A DNA stretch of 64,000 bases from Eledone cirrhosa (taxonomy: Eukaryota): the NCBI GenBank assembly GCA_964016885.1, contig OZ024754.1:30876001-30940000 (forward strand), in the 5' to 3' direction. Each line of letters opens with the position of its first letter. The first letter of the stretch is position 1. The notes under the pieces are model-generated. The model had not been told where the DNA came from and did not search any database. It saw only the letters and a list, made by a program, of their open reading frames with translations. Below, in pieces: positions 1 through 11,377 of this stretch. A program made the translations under genes and the position numbers.

Positions 1-2
1 GT

Positions 3-545
3 GGTGGTGGTGGTTCTGGAGGTAGTAGAGGTGGTGGTGGTAGTTATGGTGGTGGTGGTGGTGCTGGAGGTAGTAGAGGTGGTACTGGTAGTTATGGTGG
101 TGGTGGTGGTTCTGGTGGTAGTAGAGGTGGTGGTGGTAGTTATGGTGGTGGTGGTGGTGGTTCTGGTGGTAGTAGAGGTGGTGGTGGTAGTTATGGTGGT
201 GGTGGTGGTTCTGGTGGTAGTAGAGGTGGTGGTGGTAGTTATGGTGGTGGTGGTGGTTTTGGTGGTAGTAGAGGTGGTGGTAGTTATGGTGGTGGTGGTG
301 GTGGTTCTGGTGGTAGTAGAGGTGGTGCTGGTAGTAGAGGTGGTGGTGGTGGTTCTGGTGGTAGTAGAGGTGGTGGTGGTAGTTATGGTGGTGGTGGTGG
401 TTTTGGTGGTAGTAGAGGTGGTGGTAGTTATGGTGGTGGTGGTGGTGGTTCTGGAGGTAGTAGAGGTGGTGGTGGTTGTGGTGCTGATGGTCTATACATA
501 AGTAGAGAGGCCTCTACTGGTACCAACATGTTTACACATGTATAG
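3..545 (+). CDS. Possible 3' part of a Gly-rich (GGSGGSRGGGGSYG repeat) coding exon, open at the window edge
   Basis: Frame +3 (absent from the ORF track because it has no start codon) reads GGGGSGGSRGGGGSYGGGGGAGGSRGGTGSY...GGCGADGLYISREASTGTNMFTHV* with TAG at 543-545. It has 8 SYG and about 10 SRGG units. Could equally be a GGT-derived minisatellite. Confidence 0.35.
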   Translation, partial: GGGGSGGSRGGGGSYGGGGGAGGSRGGTGSYGGGGGSGGSRGGGGSYGGGGGGSGGSRGGGGSYGGGGGSGGSRGGGGSYGGGGGFGGSRGGGSYGGGGGGSGGSRGGAGSRGGGGGSGGSRGGGGSYGGGGGFGGSRGGGSYGGGGGGSGGSRGGGGCGADGLYISREASTGTNMFTHV

Positions 546-779
546 ACTCATAAAATATACTTAGTCTGTCAAAAAGCTGTAGAACTGCTCTTTATACACC
601 ATATATACTATAATATATACTATAATATATATACGATATATATATATATATATATATATATTTACATAAATCTATATATAAATATATATATGTATAATTT
701 ATATTTATATTATATATATATATATAAATTTATATAAATATGTATATATATATGTATATAAATATATATATATATATAA

Positions 780-837
<58 letters not shown>

Positions 838-840
<3 letters not shown>

Positions 841-1138
841 TTCATCATTTCATTTTACGTCCACTTTTCCCTGCTTGCAAGGGTGGGACGGGAACTGATT
901 CTGGCTTGATTTCTACAGCTGGATGCCCTTCCTAACACCAACCTCATTTACAGTGAGTGCTGGGTGCTTTTTTGCCGTGGCACCTCCAAGAACCACTTTT
1001 GCAGTGGAATGATAGGGACCCCAGTCCCTATCATCTCATGTCTACAGCTGAGTAAACTGGAGCAATGTGAAATAAAGTGTCTTGCTCAAGGAAACAACAC
1101 ATCACCCGGTCTGAGAATTGAACTCACAACCTTTCGAT
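838..1138 (-). mobile_element. tRNA-derived CORE-type SINE with RTE-type tail, 5'-truncated
   Basis: Reverse complement of the full copy at 44090-44439; (GAT)n tail at the left end. Confidence 0.85.
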
Positions 1139-1151
1139 ATATATATACATA

Positions 1152-1342
1152 TCATCATCATCATCATCATCATCATACGTCCACTTTTCCCTGCTTGCAA
1201 GGCTAGGTGGGTTCTATTCAGCATCTCTCCACTTGTAACGTTCCTGCGTCATCTCCTCCTGGAGCTTCAGCGATCTGAGATCAGCTCTCACCACCTCCGC
1301 CTGTGTTTCTCGTGGTCTTCTTCTACTGTGTCTTCCTTCTAC
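1152..1342 (-). mobile_element. 3' end of an RTE-clade LINE (ORF C-terminus, 3' UTR and (GAT)n)
   Basis: Minus frame VEGRHSRRRPRETQAEVVRADLRSLKLQEEMTQERYKWRDAE* resembles the RTE C-terminal pattern GxRxRGRPRxxW...DL...DRxxWR. It is followed by CCTTGCAAGCAGGGAAAAGTGGACGTA-(TGA)n. Confidence 0.75.
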
Positions 1343-1598
1343 TAAATATATATATATATATATATATAGTGGCCAATGTGAACTTCTTTTTCCATCTCTA
1401 AAGATCTTCACACTATTTTATAAGCTGTATTATAACATCACTGTGCATGAGCACACAACTGTTTATATTAGATATATATATAAATAAAAAGGAGATCAAT
1501 ATTGCCACAGGTACTAAGTACCCCTGGAAATATATAGGGTGTCTATGGTACAGTTGTTGTTCTATGGTATCAATTTGACATACCAGAACTATACAATT

Positions 1599-2112
1599 GA
1601 GATAAGCGGAGCAAGCAAGATTCAAACAATTTTTTTAAATAAATTAAAAAATATAATTTAAATATTTAGCTATTCCTTTTGCTTTTACTGACGGTTTCGC
1701 CTCACAAAAGATTGGAAGTCTGATGGACTTCCAATGGAAATGTTCGGTTCTTCAGTTCTTCAGAAAGCATTTTCCCCTACATAGGACGAAAGTCCCACGA
1801 ACGGCAAAATATATTGCATTCTGCCAGCTAGTGCAGGATTGAATGGGGCCGTAAACTTGACCTACACATGAACTAGCCCTTAGTATAAACAGAAGTAAGC
1901 ATAGACGTGTTGTCTATCACGCCACTAAAAATAGCAGCTAGGTAAAACATCAGATTTTTTCTCTACACATAGGAGAATATATAAAAAGGAGATCAATATT
2001 GCCACAGGTACGAAACCGTTGGTAAAAGCAAAAGGAATAGGTAAATATTTAAATTATATTTTTTAATTTATTTTAAAAAATTGTTTAAATCTTACTTGCT
2101 CTGCTTATCTCT
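1599..2112. mobile_element. Diverged inverted-repeat element (arms ~1599-1699 and ~2011-2112) with a partial hammerhead 3' half
   Basis: Arms are reverse complements with several mismatches. Inner ends read CGAAACCGT(C/T). A 29-bp direct repeat lies at ~1486-1514 and ~1983-2011. Confidence 0.55.
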
Positions 2113-2705
2113 ATTATATATAAATATATATATTTATATATATATATTTATATATATCATTAAACCACCCAGATGACACTGTCCTACTGTCACCAAAAAA
2201 CCCTCAGTGAAAACCTTGGAGTCATAGTACATGCTGTAAAGTGGTTGAAGTTAGGAAGGGCATCCAACCACAGAAGTGTCAAAATGGAGTAGATGAGCAA
2301 GGCATAGTCACCTGACCATTCTAGCTTGACAAACCCTCTAACCCATGCAAACATGGAGAAGAATATATATTAAATGGTGATTATAATGATGATGATGATG
2401 ATGGAGGTATATAAAATATAAGTATATAGAGGAGAGGAAAATGATTATAGTTAAATGTGGTAGCCATTACATTAGTAGGAGAGGTGCAAATTTACTTCAT
2501 AACAAAATCACTTCTACAGGACTAGAACTGTTTCATTCATTTGAATTCAACAGGTATGTCTTTCCTGGTTATTTAAAACAAATGAAGAAGTTCTATTTCT
2601 GTAGAAGTCATTTCTTTATCATATATATATATATCATCATCATTTAATGTCCATTTTCCATGCTAGCATGGATTAAACGGGTTGTCCTACATTATATATA
2701 TATAA

Positions 2706-2893
2706 GGGCGGTGGATTGGCAGTATTGGTAGAGGGTCAGACACCATGCTTTCCAGCATAGTTACGTCCCTTTACGATCTGAGTTCAAATCCCGCCGAGGT
2801 TGACTTTGCCTTTCATCCTTACGGGGTCGATAAAATAAAGTACCAGTAATGCACTGGGTAATTGCTGGCCTTCTGCCTAAAGTAGAAACAATT
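2706..2893 (+). mobile_element. Second SINE family (core GCCTTTCATCCTTACGGGGTCGATAAAATAAAGTACCAG), near full-length
   Basis: A-box-like TGGCAGTATTGG and B-box GTTCAAATCC. Further copies at ~9923-10040, 23680-23880, 23978-24165, 24283-24405, 46960-47300, 49930-50020 and 50610-50794. Confidence 0.85.
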
Positions 2894-2907
2894 ATATATA
2901 TATATAA

Positions 2908-3106
2908 AATAAGTGTAATCTGAGTTTTTCAAATAATAATAATAACATTTGATTCATTTGCAATTAAGCAAACAAGCCTCAATTTTATAGCCATGTCAGT
3001 AGAATGAACCCTTCATTTTATGGCTATAAAATTGAGGCTTGTTTGCATAATTGCAAACGAATCGAATGTTATTATTAATATTCGAAAAACTCAGATTACA
3101 CTTATT
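2908..3106. repeat. Fold-back palindrome (~87-bp arms, ~25-bp spacer) next to a TA tract
   Basis: AATAAGTGTAATCTGAGTTTTTC...TTTTATAGCCAT mirrors ATGGCTATAAAA...GAAAAACTCAGATTACACTTATT. Confidence 0.8.
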
Positions 3107-3320
3107 GTATTCAGCGATGTAGAGCGAAAACTTTCTTTTTTATTTTATATATACATATGTTTTATATATATATACATATGTATAAACATAAATGTTTATA
3201 ACTGATATAGAGCACTCAACAAGTTACTGGAGTAAATATTCCAATTTATATATTAGCGAATTTTCGGACCGTTAAGGTGTGATTTCCATGGGTATGTCAT
3301 TATTTATAAAACAAATTTTG

Positions 3321-3385
3321 TATTTTATCTGATGAAAGCACACCAAGATTTGCTTGGTCACCCTTGAAATATATATAATAAAATA
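3321..3385 (+). ncRNA. Minimal type I hammerhead ribozyme, family B (diverged stem II)
   Basis: UAUUUUAU-CUGAUGA-stem II-GAAA-UAUAUA-UA^-AUAAAAUA; stem I is 8 bp and perfect. Confidence 0.65.
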
Positions 3386-3467
3386 AATATGATTTTATAA
3401 ATATAGTTTCCATTTATTATTATCTTGGTATATATATATATATATATATATATACATACAGACACAG

Positions 3468-3507
<40 letters not shown>

Positions 3508-3509
<2 letters not shown>

Positions 3510-3777
3510 CAAAGGAAATGTGGTAAGGAACCAGGTGGACCATAACGCACCAAAGTACTCAATACTTAGGGTAGTAGAGTGGGTAATAGGAACGAGTAGG
3601 ACCCCGACGACTGAGCTCAAGCCGTTTCGACGGCTAATTCAGTCCAGAATTAGCCGTCGAAACGGCTTGAGCTCAGCCGTCGGGGTCCTACTCGTTCCTA
3701 TTACCCACTCTACTACCCTAAGTATTGAGTACTTTGGTGCGTTATGGTCCACCTGGTTCCTTACCACATTTCCTTTG

Positions 3778-3779
<2 letters not shown>
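3508..3779. mobile_element. Family A fold-back element in (TA)n; 133-bp arms, 6-nt spacer; carries the 3' half of a hammerhead
   Basis: Arms 3508-3640 and 3647-3779 differ at one position that I could find. Right arm reads GAA-ACGGCU-UGAGCUC-AGCCGU-C^-GGGGUCC (3659-3688). (TA)n on both sides. Confidence 0.85.
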
Positions 3780-3818
<39 letters not shown>

Positions 3819-3819
3819 T

Positions 3820-3895
<76 letters not shown>

Positions 3896-3944
3896 TGAAA
3901 GATGATAGATTGGTGTATGTCTGTGTATTTTATATAGACAGATA

Positions 3945-4136
3945 GATAGATTAATAGATAAATAAAAGATATAGATAGGTAGATAGATTAATAGATAAAT
4001 AAAAGATATAGATAGGTAGATAGATTAATAGATAAATAAAAGATATAGATAGGTAGATAGATTAATAGATAAATAAAAGATATAGAAAGGTAGATAGATT
4101 AATAGATAAATAAAAGATATAGAAAGGTAGATAGAT
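3945..4136. repeat. 37-bp tandem repeat, ~5 copies
   Basis: Unit TAGATTAATAGATAAATAAAAGATATAGATAGGTAGA recurs at 4021 and 4058. Confidence 0.9.
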
Positions 4137-4738
4137 TTTAGCTAGCTAGGTAGGTAGGAGTAAGTATTAATGAGTACATTCAATAAAGAGAAGACAAGCA
4201 AAAAAAATGTCACTGTATAATAGAGGGAGAGGGGGTGTGTGGAGGGTGGGAGGATGAGAAAGATGGAGAGTGTGTGTGGGAGGGAGAGGGGGAGAAATAT
4301 GGAGAGAGTGTGTGTGGGGGGATATGGAGAGTGTGTGTGGGGGGGGGGGTTAGAAATATGGAGAGTGTTTGTGTGTGGGGGGGTATGGAGAGAGTGTGTG
4401 TGTGGGAGGAGGGGGAGAAATATGGAGAGTATGTGGGGGAGGGGGGAGAAATATGGAGAGCAAGAGTGTGTGTGGGGGGATAAATATGGAGAGTGTGTGG
4501 GGTGAGAGGGGGAGAAAGAGGGAGAATGTGTGTGAGAGAGGGGAGGAGAAAGATGGAGAGTGTGTGTGAGAGGGAGAGAGGGGGGGATAAAGATGGAGAG
4601 TGTGAGAGAGAGAGGGAGAGAAAAGTGAGAATGTGTGAGAGACAGAGAGAGAGGGAGGGGAAGAAAGATAGTGAGAAAGAGACAGAGAGTAAGTGTTTTT
4701 TATGTGTGTGTGTGTGTGAGGGAGAGCACAAACATGAC

Positions 4739-4769
<31 letters not shown>

Positions 4770-4989
4770 TGTGTATGTGTGCCTGTGTGTGTGAGGGGTA
4801 GAGGGAGTAGGAGAGAGAGGAGGCATGAGAGAGAGAGTGAGAGAGGAATAGAGAGAGAGATCAGCTCTACTTTTGAAAAGCTGTGATGAAAGCAATTCTC
4901 ACACATTTAATGTGCAGCAGGCATTATAACTGCTGCCTGGGTTTTTTTATATTGAGTAAAGATTGTCTTTTCAGCATCACTTGTATATC

Positions 4990-6690
4990 TTTGTGGAGTA
5001 CTGTGGGAGGGCTGTGGGAGTACTTCAGTCTTTCCACCATCATTTATAGCTGTGGGAGTACTTCAGTCATTCCATGCTCATTTGTAGCTGTGGGAGTGCT
5101 GTGCGAGTACTTTAGTCTTGCCATCATCATTTGTATCTGTGGGAGTGCTGTGGGAGTACTCCAGTCTTTCCATCCTCATTTGTATCTGTGGGAGTGCTGT
5201 GGGAGTACTTCAGTCTTTCCATCCTCATTTGTATCTGTGGGAGTGCTGTGGGAGTACTTTAGTCTTGCCATCATCATTTGTATCTGTGGGAGTGCTGTGC
5301 GAGTACTTTAGTCTTGCCATCATCATTTGTATCTGTGGGAGTGCTGTGGGAGTACTTTAGTCTAGCCATCATCATTTGTATCTGTGGGAGTGCTGTGGGA
5401 GTACTCCAGTCTTTCCATCCTCATTTGTATCTGTGGGAGTGCTGTGCGAGTACTTTAGTCTTGCCATCCTTATTTGTATCTGTGGGAGTGCTGTGGGAGT
5501 ACTTCAGTCTTTCCATCCTCATTTGTATCTGTGGGAGTGCTGTGGGAGTACTTTAGTCTAGCCATCATCATTTGTATCTGTGGGAGTGCTGTGGGAGTAC
5601 TTCAGTCTTGCCATCATCATTTGTATCTGTGGGAGTGCTGTGGGAGTACTTTAGTCTAGCCATCATCATTTGTATCTGTGGGAGTGCTGTGCGAGTACTT
5701 TAGTCTTGCCATCCTCATTTGTATCTGTGGGAGTGCTGTGGGAGTACTTCAGTCTTTCCATCCTCATTTGTATCTGTGGGAGTGCTGTGGGAGTACTTTA
5801 GTCTAGCCATCATCATTTGTATCTGTGGGAGTGCTGTGGGAGTACTTTAGTCTAGCCATCATCATTTGTAGCTGTGGGAGTGCTGTGGGAGTACTTTAGT
5901 CTAGCCATCATCATTTGTATCTGTGGGAGTGCTGTGGGAGTACTTCAGTCTTGCCATCATCATTTGTATCTGTGGGAGTGCTGTGGGAGTACTTTAGTCT
6001 AGCCATCATCATTTGTATCTGTGGGAGTGCTGTGCGAGTACTTTAGTCTTGCCATCATCATTTGTATCTGTGGGAGTGCTGTGGGAGTACTTCAGTCTTG
6101 CCGCCATCATTTGTATCTGTGGGAGTGCTGTGGGAGTACTTCAGTCTTGCCATCATCATTTGTATCTGTGGGAGTGCTGTGGGAGTACTTCAGTCTAGCC
6201 ATCATCATTTGTAGCTGTGGGAGTGCTGTGCGAGTACTTCAGTCTAGCCATCATCATTTGTAGCTGTGGGAGTGCTGTGCGAGTACTTCAGTCTTGCCAT
6301 CATAATTTGTATCTGTGGGAGTGCTGTGGGAGTACTTCAGTCTAGCCATCATCATTTGTAGCTGTGGGAGTGCTGTGGGAGTACTTCAGTCTAGCCATCA
6401 TCATTTGTATCTGTGGGAGTGCTGTGGGAGTACTTCAGTCTTTCCATCCTCATTTGTATCTGTGGGAGTGCTGTGGGAGTACTTCAGTCTTTCCATCCTC
6501 ATTTGTATCTGTGGGAGTGCTGTGGGAGTACTTTAGTCTTGCCATCATCATTTGTATCTGTGGGAGTGCTGTGGGAGTACTCCAGTCTTTCCATCCTCAT
6601 TTGTAGCTGTGGGAGTGCTCCAGTCTTGCCACCATCATTTGTAGATGTGGGATTATGGTGGGAGTGCTGTGGGAGGGTACTTCAGTTTCC
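4990..6690. repeat. 49-bp minisatellite, ~33 copies
   Basis: Unit TTTGTATCTGTGGGAGTGCTGTGGGAGTACTT(C/T)AGTCTTGCCATCATCA; ORF starts at 6315, 6364 and 6413 are 49 apart. Confidence 0.95.
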
Positions 6691-7069
6691 TACCCTCACT
6701 TGTATCTCTAAAGTACATCATCACGTGTATGCAGAGGAATATTTCACTGTCCCCACCTAATCGCTCCACTGTCCCCTGCAGATCAAGTTACTAATCTCTC
6801 TTAATCCTTCCCCTGTCCTCACCTGATTCCCCCACTATCCTCTCTTAATCTATCCACAGTCCTTACTTGATCCATTCAATGTTTATCCATCAAGCTACAC
6901 AGATGACCAGCCAATCTTGACCAGTCTTATACCAACAGATGTACAACTTCTTCTATATTCCATCTGCCATCAATACCACTAAGGATATTGCCACCACATG
7001 GTTGTTTATATGCATGTGTGTTTGTGTGTGTGTGGGTGTGTGTGTGTGTGGTATTATATGTGGTTGGCC

Positions 7070-9325
7070 ACCTCCCTCTCTCACTCCTTCTCTCTCCCTC
7101 CCTCTCTCTCCCTCTCTCCGTATCTCTCCATATCTCTCCCTCTCTCTTTCTCTCTCTCTCTCTCCTTCTCTCTCACCCTCCCTCTCCATCCCTCTCTCCG
7201 TATCTCTCCCTCTCTCTTTCTCTCTCTCTCTCTCTCCTTCTCTCTCTCGCCTCCCTCTCCATCCCTCTCTCCGTATCTCTCCCTATTTCTTTCTCTCTCT
7301 CTCCTTCTCTCCATCTCTCTCTCTCCTTCTCTCCATCTCTCTCTCCCTCTCTACTCATGTTCATTTCTTATCCATCATTCTTTCCCATTTGCTCTCTCTA
7401 TCACTCCACACATAAACACCCCACCGCCACCACACCACCACCAACTCCCCATCGCACCATCAATCCCCACCATCACATTACCGTCTCCCCACCACAGCCA
7501 CACCACACCACCAGCACTACATCACTACTACCATCTCCCCACCCACCACACCCCCACCACTACCACCATCTCTCCACCAACCACACCCCACCACTACACC
7601 ACCACAGCACCACCACCACACCACCATCACCTCAGCACCACCACTACACCACAACACCACCACACCACGACACAACCACAACACCACCACACCACCACCA
7701 CCATCACACCGCCACCACATCACCACCACCACCATCACCATACCACCACCACCACCATCACACCACCACCACGCCACCACCACCACACCATCACCACCAC
7801 ACCACCACCACCACACCACCACCATCACCATACCACCACCATCACACCACCACCACCACACCACCACACCACCACCACATCACCACCACCACCACCACCA
7901 CCATCACCATACCACCACACCACCATACCACCACCACCACCACCACCACCACACCACCACCACCTCACCACCACCACCACCACCACCATCACCACACCAC
8001 CATACCACCACCACCACCATCACACCACCACCTCCACACCAGCACCACACCACCACACCACCACCACCACACCACCACCCCCACACCACCACACCCCCAC
8101 ACCCCCACACCCCCACCCACCCCACCCCACCATCACACCACCACCACATCACCACCACCACCATCACACCACCACCACCACCACACCACCACCACCACCA
8201 CACCACCACCACACCACCACCACCACACCACCACCACCACACCACCATCACCATACCACCACCATCACACCACCACCACCACACCACCACCACCACCACC
8301 ACCACCACCACCACCACCACCACCACCACCATATCACCACCACCACCATCACACCACCACCACCACACCACCACCACCACACCATCACCACCACACCACC
8401 ACCACCACACCATCACCACCACCACCACCACCATCACCATATCACCACCACCATCACACCACCACCACCACACCACCACACCACCACCACACCACCACCA
8501 CCACCACCACCACACCACCACCACCACACCACCACCACACCACCACATCACGACCACCACCACCACATCACCACCACCACCACCACCATCACCATACCAC
8601 CACCACCATCACACCACCACCACAACACCACCACCACCACCACCACCACCACCACCACACCACCACCACCACACTACCACCACCACACCACCACCACCAC
8701 ACCACCACCACCACCACACCACCACACCATCACCACCACCACACCACCACCACCACCACCACCACACCACCACCACCACACCACCACACCACCACCACCA
8801 CCACACCACCACCACCACACCACCACCACTACCACCACCACCACCACATCACCACCACCACCACCACACCACCACCACACCACCACCACCACATCACCAC
8901 CACCACCACACCACCACCACCATCACACCGCCACCACATCACCACCACCACCACAACATCACCACCACACCACCACCACTACCACCACCACCACCACCAC
9001 CACCACACCACCACCACTACCACCACCACACACCACCACCACCACCACCACCACCACCACACCACCACCACCACCACGACCACTACCACACCACCACCAC
9101 CACCACCACACCACCACCACCACCACACCACACCACCACCACCACCACCACCACCACACCACCACCACTACCACCACCACACCACCACCACCACCACCAC
9201 CACCACCACACCACCACCACCACCACGACCACTACCACACCACCACCACCACCACCACACCACCACCACCACCACCACCACCACACCACACCACCACCAC
9301 CACACCACCACCATCACCACACCCA
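7070..9325. repeat. (CT)-rich tract followed by a ~1.9-kb degenerate (CAC)n/CACAC microsatellite
   Basis: Direct reading; frequent 2- and 5-nt slips change the reading frame. Confidence 0.95.
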
Positions 9326-9532
9326 ACATATTTTACCAGCCATCTTCACTCCACAATCTTGTAAACTTCCTCTCAACACTTTTCTCTACTTCCTCTCTGC
9401 CAATTTCACTCTTCTATGATCTCCTTATACCTTTTACTATCTCTCTCTCTCACTCTCTCTCTCCCAGTATCTCTCCAATATCTCCATCTTAAGTATTCAC
9501 CACCATCCCTACTATCACTATCACCAGCACTA

Positions 9533-9655
9533 CTTGGGTTAGTAGAGTATGGTTATATAATAAAGTGTCGGGACCCCGACGGCTGAGCTCTTGCCATTTC
9601 AACAACTAGTACCAGCCTGGAACTAGCTGTTAAAACAGCAAGAGCTCAGCTGACT
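9533..9655. mobile_element. Diverged family A-related fold-back remnant
   Basis: GGACCCCGACGGCTGAGCTCTTG...CAAGAGCTCAGC inverted around ACCAG-C-CTGG. Confidence 0.6.
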
Positions 9656-9693
9656 CTTCATAATATATATACATATATATATATACCAATGGT

Positions 9694-9922
9694 ATTAATA
9701 AATGGAAACTATATTTATAAAACCATATATATTCTATTATACCCATGAAAATCATTTATATTCTATTATATCAAGGGTACCAAAACTTTGGAATGCTCTC
9801 ATCAGATAAAATACAAAATTTTGTATTTTATCTGATGAGGGCGTACCAAAGCTTTGGTACCCTTTAAATATATATAATAGAATAAATATGGTTTTATAAA
9901 TATAGTTTCCATTTATTAATAT
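9694..9922. mobile_element. Family B fold-back element, zero-spacer centre at 9818/9819, degenerate hammerheads
   Basis: CTCATCAGATAAAATACAAAA|TTTTGTATTTTATCTGATGAG; GAAA is mutated to TAAA in the right arm. Confidence 0.8.
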
Positions 9923-10161
9923 CTGAGTTCAAATCCCGCCGAGGTTAACTTTGCCTTTCATCCTTACGGGGTCGATAAAATAAAGTACCAGTAATACACT
10001 GGTTAATTGCTGGCCTTGTGCTAAAAGTAGAAACAATTAATATCATTGATAAGAAAACTTGATAAGAAAACTCCAGAAAACTTGTCGAGTGCTTCAAATC
10101 TGTTTGTTGAATTACCAACAAATTAAATATCTCTTTGCTTATATATATATATATTTATATA

Positions 10162-10213
<52 letters not shown>

Positions 10214-10347
10214 TAGAAGGGGTATTTAATTTGTTGGAAGTCCAACAAATATAAATGTTTATAACTGATTTAGAGCACTCAACAGTTTACTGGAGTAAAT
10301 ATTCAATGATATTAAATAAATGGAAACTATATTTATAAAACCATATT

Positions 10348-10411
10348 TATTTTATTATATATATTTCAAGGGTACCAAGACAACATTGGTACGCTTTCAT
10401 CAGATAAAATA
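10348..10411 (-). ncRNA. Minimal type I hammerhead ribozyme, family B
   Basis: RC: UAUUUUAU-CUGAUGA-AAGCGUACCAA/UGUUGUC/UUGGUACCCUU-GAAA-UAUAUA-UA^-AUAAAAUA. Confidence 0.8.
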
Positions 10412-10547
10412 CAAAGTTTGTTTTATAAATAGAGACATACCCATGAAAATCATACCTTATTGGTTGGAAATTCACTGGATAGACTATCCAGTAAATTTCC
10501 AACCGATAAGGTATGATTTTCATGGGTATGTCTCTATACAAACTTTG

Positions 10548-10611
10548 TATTTTATCTGATGAAAGCGTACCAATGTTGTCTTGGTACACTTGAAATATAT
10601 GTAATAAAATA
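10548..10611 (+). ncRNA. Minimal type I hammerhead ribozyme, family B
   Basis: UAUUUUAU-CUGAUGA(10556-10562)-AAGCGUACCAA/UGUUGUC/UUGGUACACUU-GAAA-UAUAUG-UA^(10603)-AUAAAAUA. Confidence 0.8.
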
Positions 10612-10670
10612 AATATGGTTTTATAAATATAGTTCCCATTTATTTAATATCATTGTATATATATATATAT

Positions 10671-10892
10671 AAACTATTTTGATAATGACAGAATGCATTT
10701 TGGAGAGATGTATGTAGAGAGGTAAAGAGGAAGATAGACATATTTAGAGAGAGTAAACTAGATGGACATTGATAGGAAGAAAGACAAACAAACAGATAGA
10801 TAGATAACTATATATATATATAAATATGTCTATCTTCCTCTTTACCTCTTTACATCTCTCCAAAATGCATTCTCTCATTATCAAAATAGTTT
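10671..10892. repeat. Inverted repeat (~75-bp arms) with a spacer that includes a TA run
   Basis: AAACTATTTTGATAATGA...GATAGACATATTTA mirrors TAAATATGTCTATC...TCATTATCAAAATAGTTT. Confidence 0.8.
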
Positions 10893-11214
10893 CCTCTCTA
10901 CCAAAACATAAAAATAGATAATATTATATGTATACACATGTTTACATATATAAACCCATGCTAGCGTGGAATATGGACATTAAATGAAGATGATGATTAT
11001 GATGATACACAAGATAGGAGATGCAGAGGGCAATGGAAAAAACAGAAAGACTGAGATTCCATCTCCTCAGTCAACCTCTGGAAATCATTATGGTTTCAGT
11101 ACATTAAGATTGATACTATTAACTCCATTGCACATTAGGACAAAACAACAGGTAGAAACAAGTTATGCCTAATGTGCAATGGAATTAATAGTATATATAT
11201 ATATATATATATAC

Positions 11215-11301
<87 letters not shown>

Positions 11302-11377
11302 AAATATATATATATGTGTGTGTGTATGTATGTATGCATATATATATATATTTATATATATATATATATATATATAG

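Larger units (their letters stand above)
10213..10655. mobile_element. Family B fold-back element with one hammerhead per strand, between (TA)n tracts
   Basis: Palindrome ~10303-10655 centred on GGATAG-A-CTATCC (10483). The left arm is ~90 nt longer and runs to the (TA)n at 10212. Confidence 0.85.

Noticed and set aside
1-501. Poly-Val ORF in frame +1
   Set aside because: Off-frame reading of a GGT repeat; if anything is coding here it is frame +3.
4990-6690. Regular repeat resembling a CRISPR array
   Set aside because: Head-to-tail 49-bp units with no unique spacers, no cas genes and a eukaryotic context.
6988-9492. 834-aa and 788-aa His/Pro/Thr ORFs
   Set aside because: CAC/CT microsatellites lack stop codons in several frames, and frequent non-triplet slips scramble the translation.
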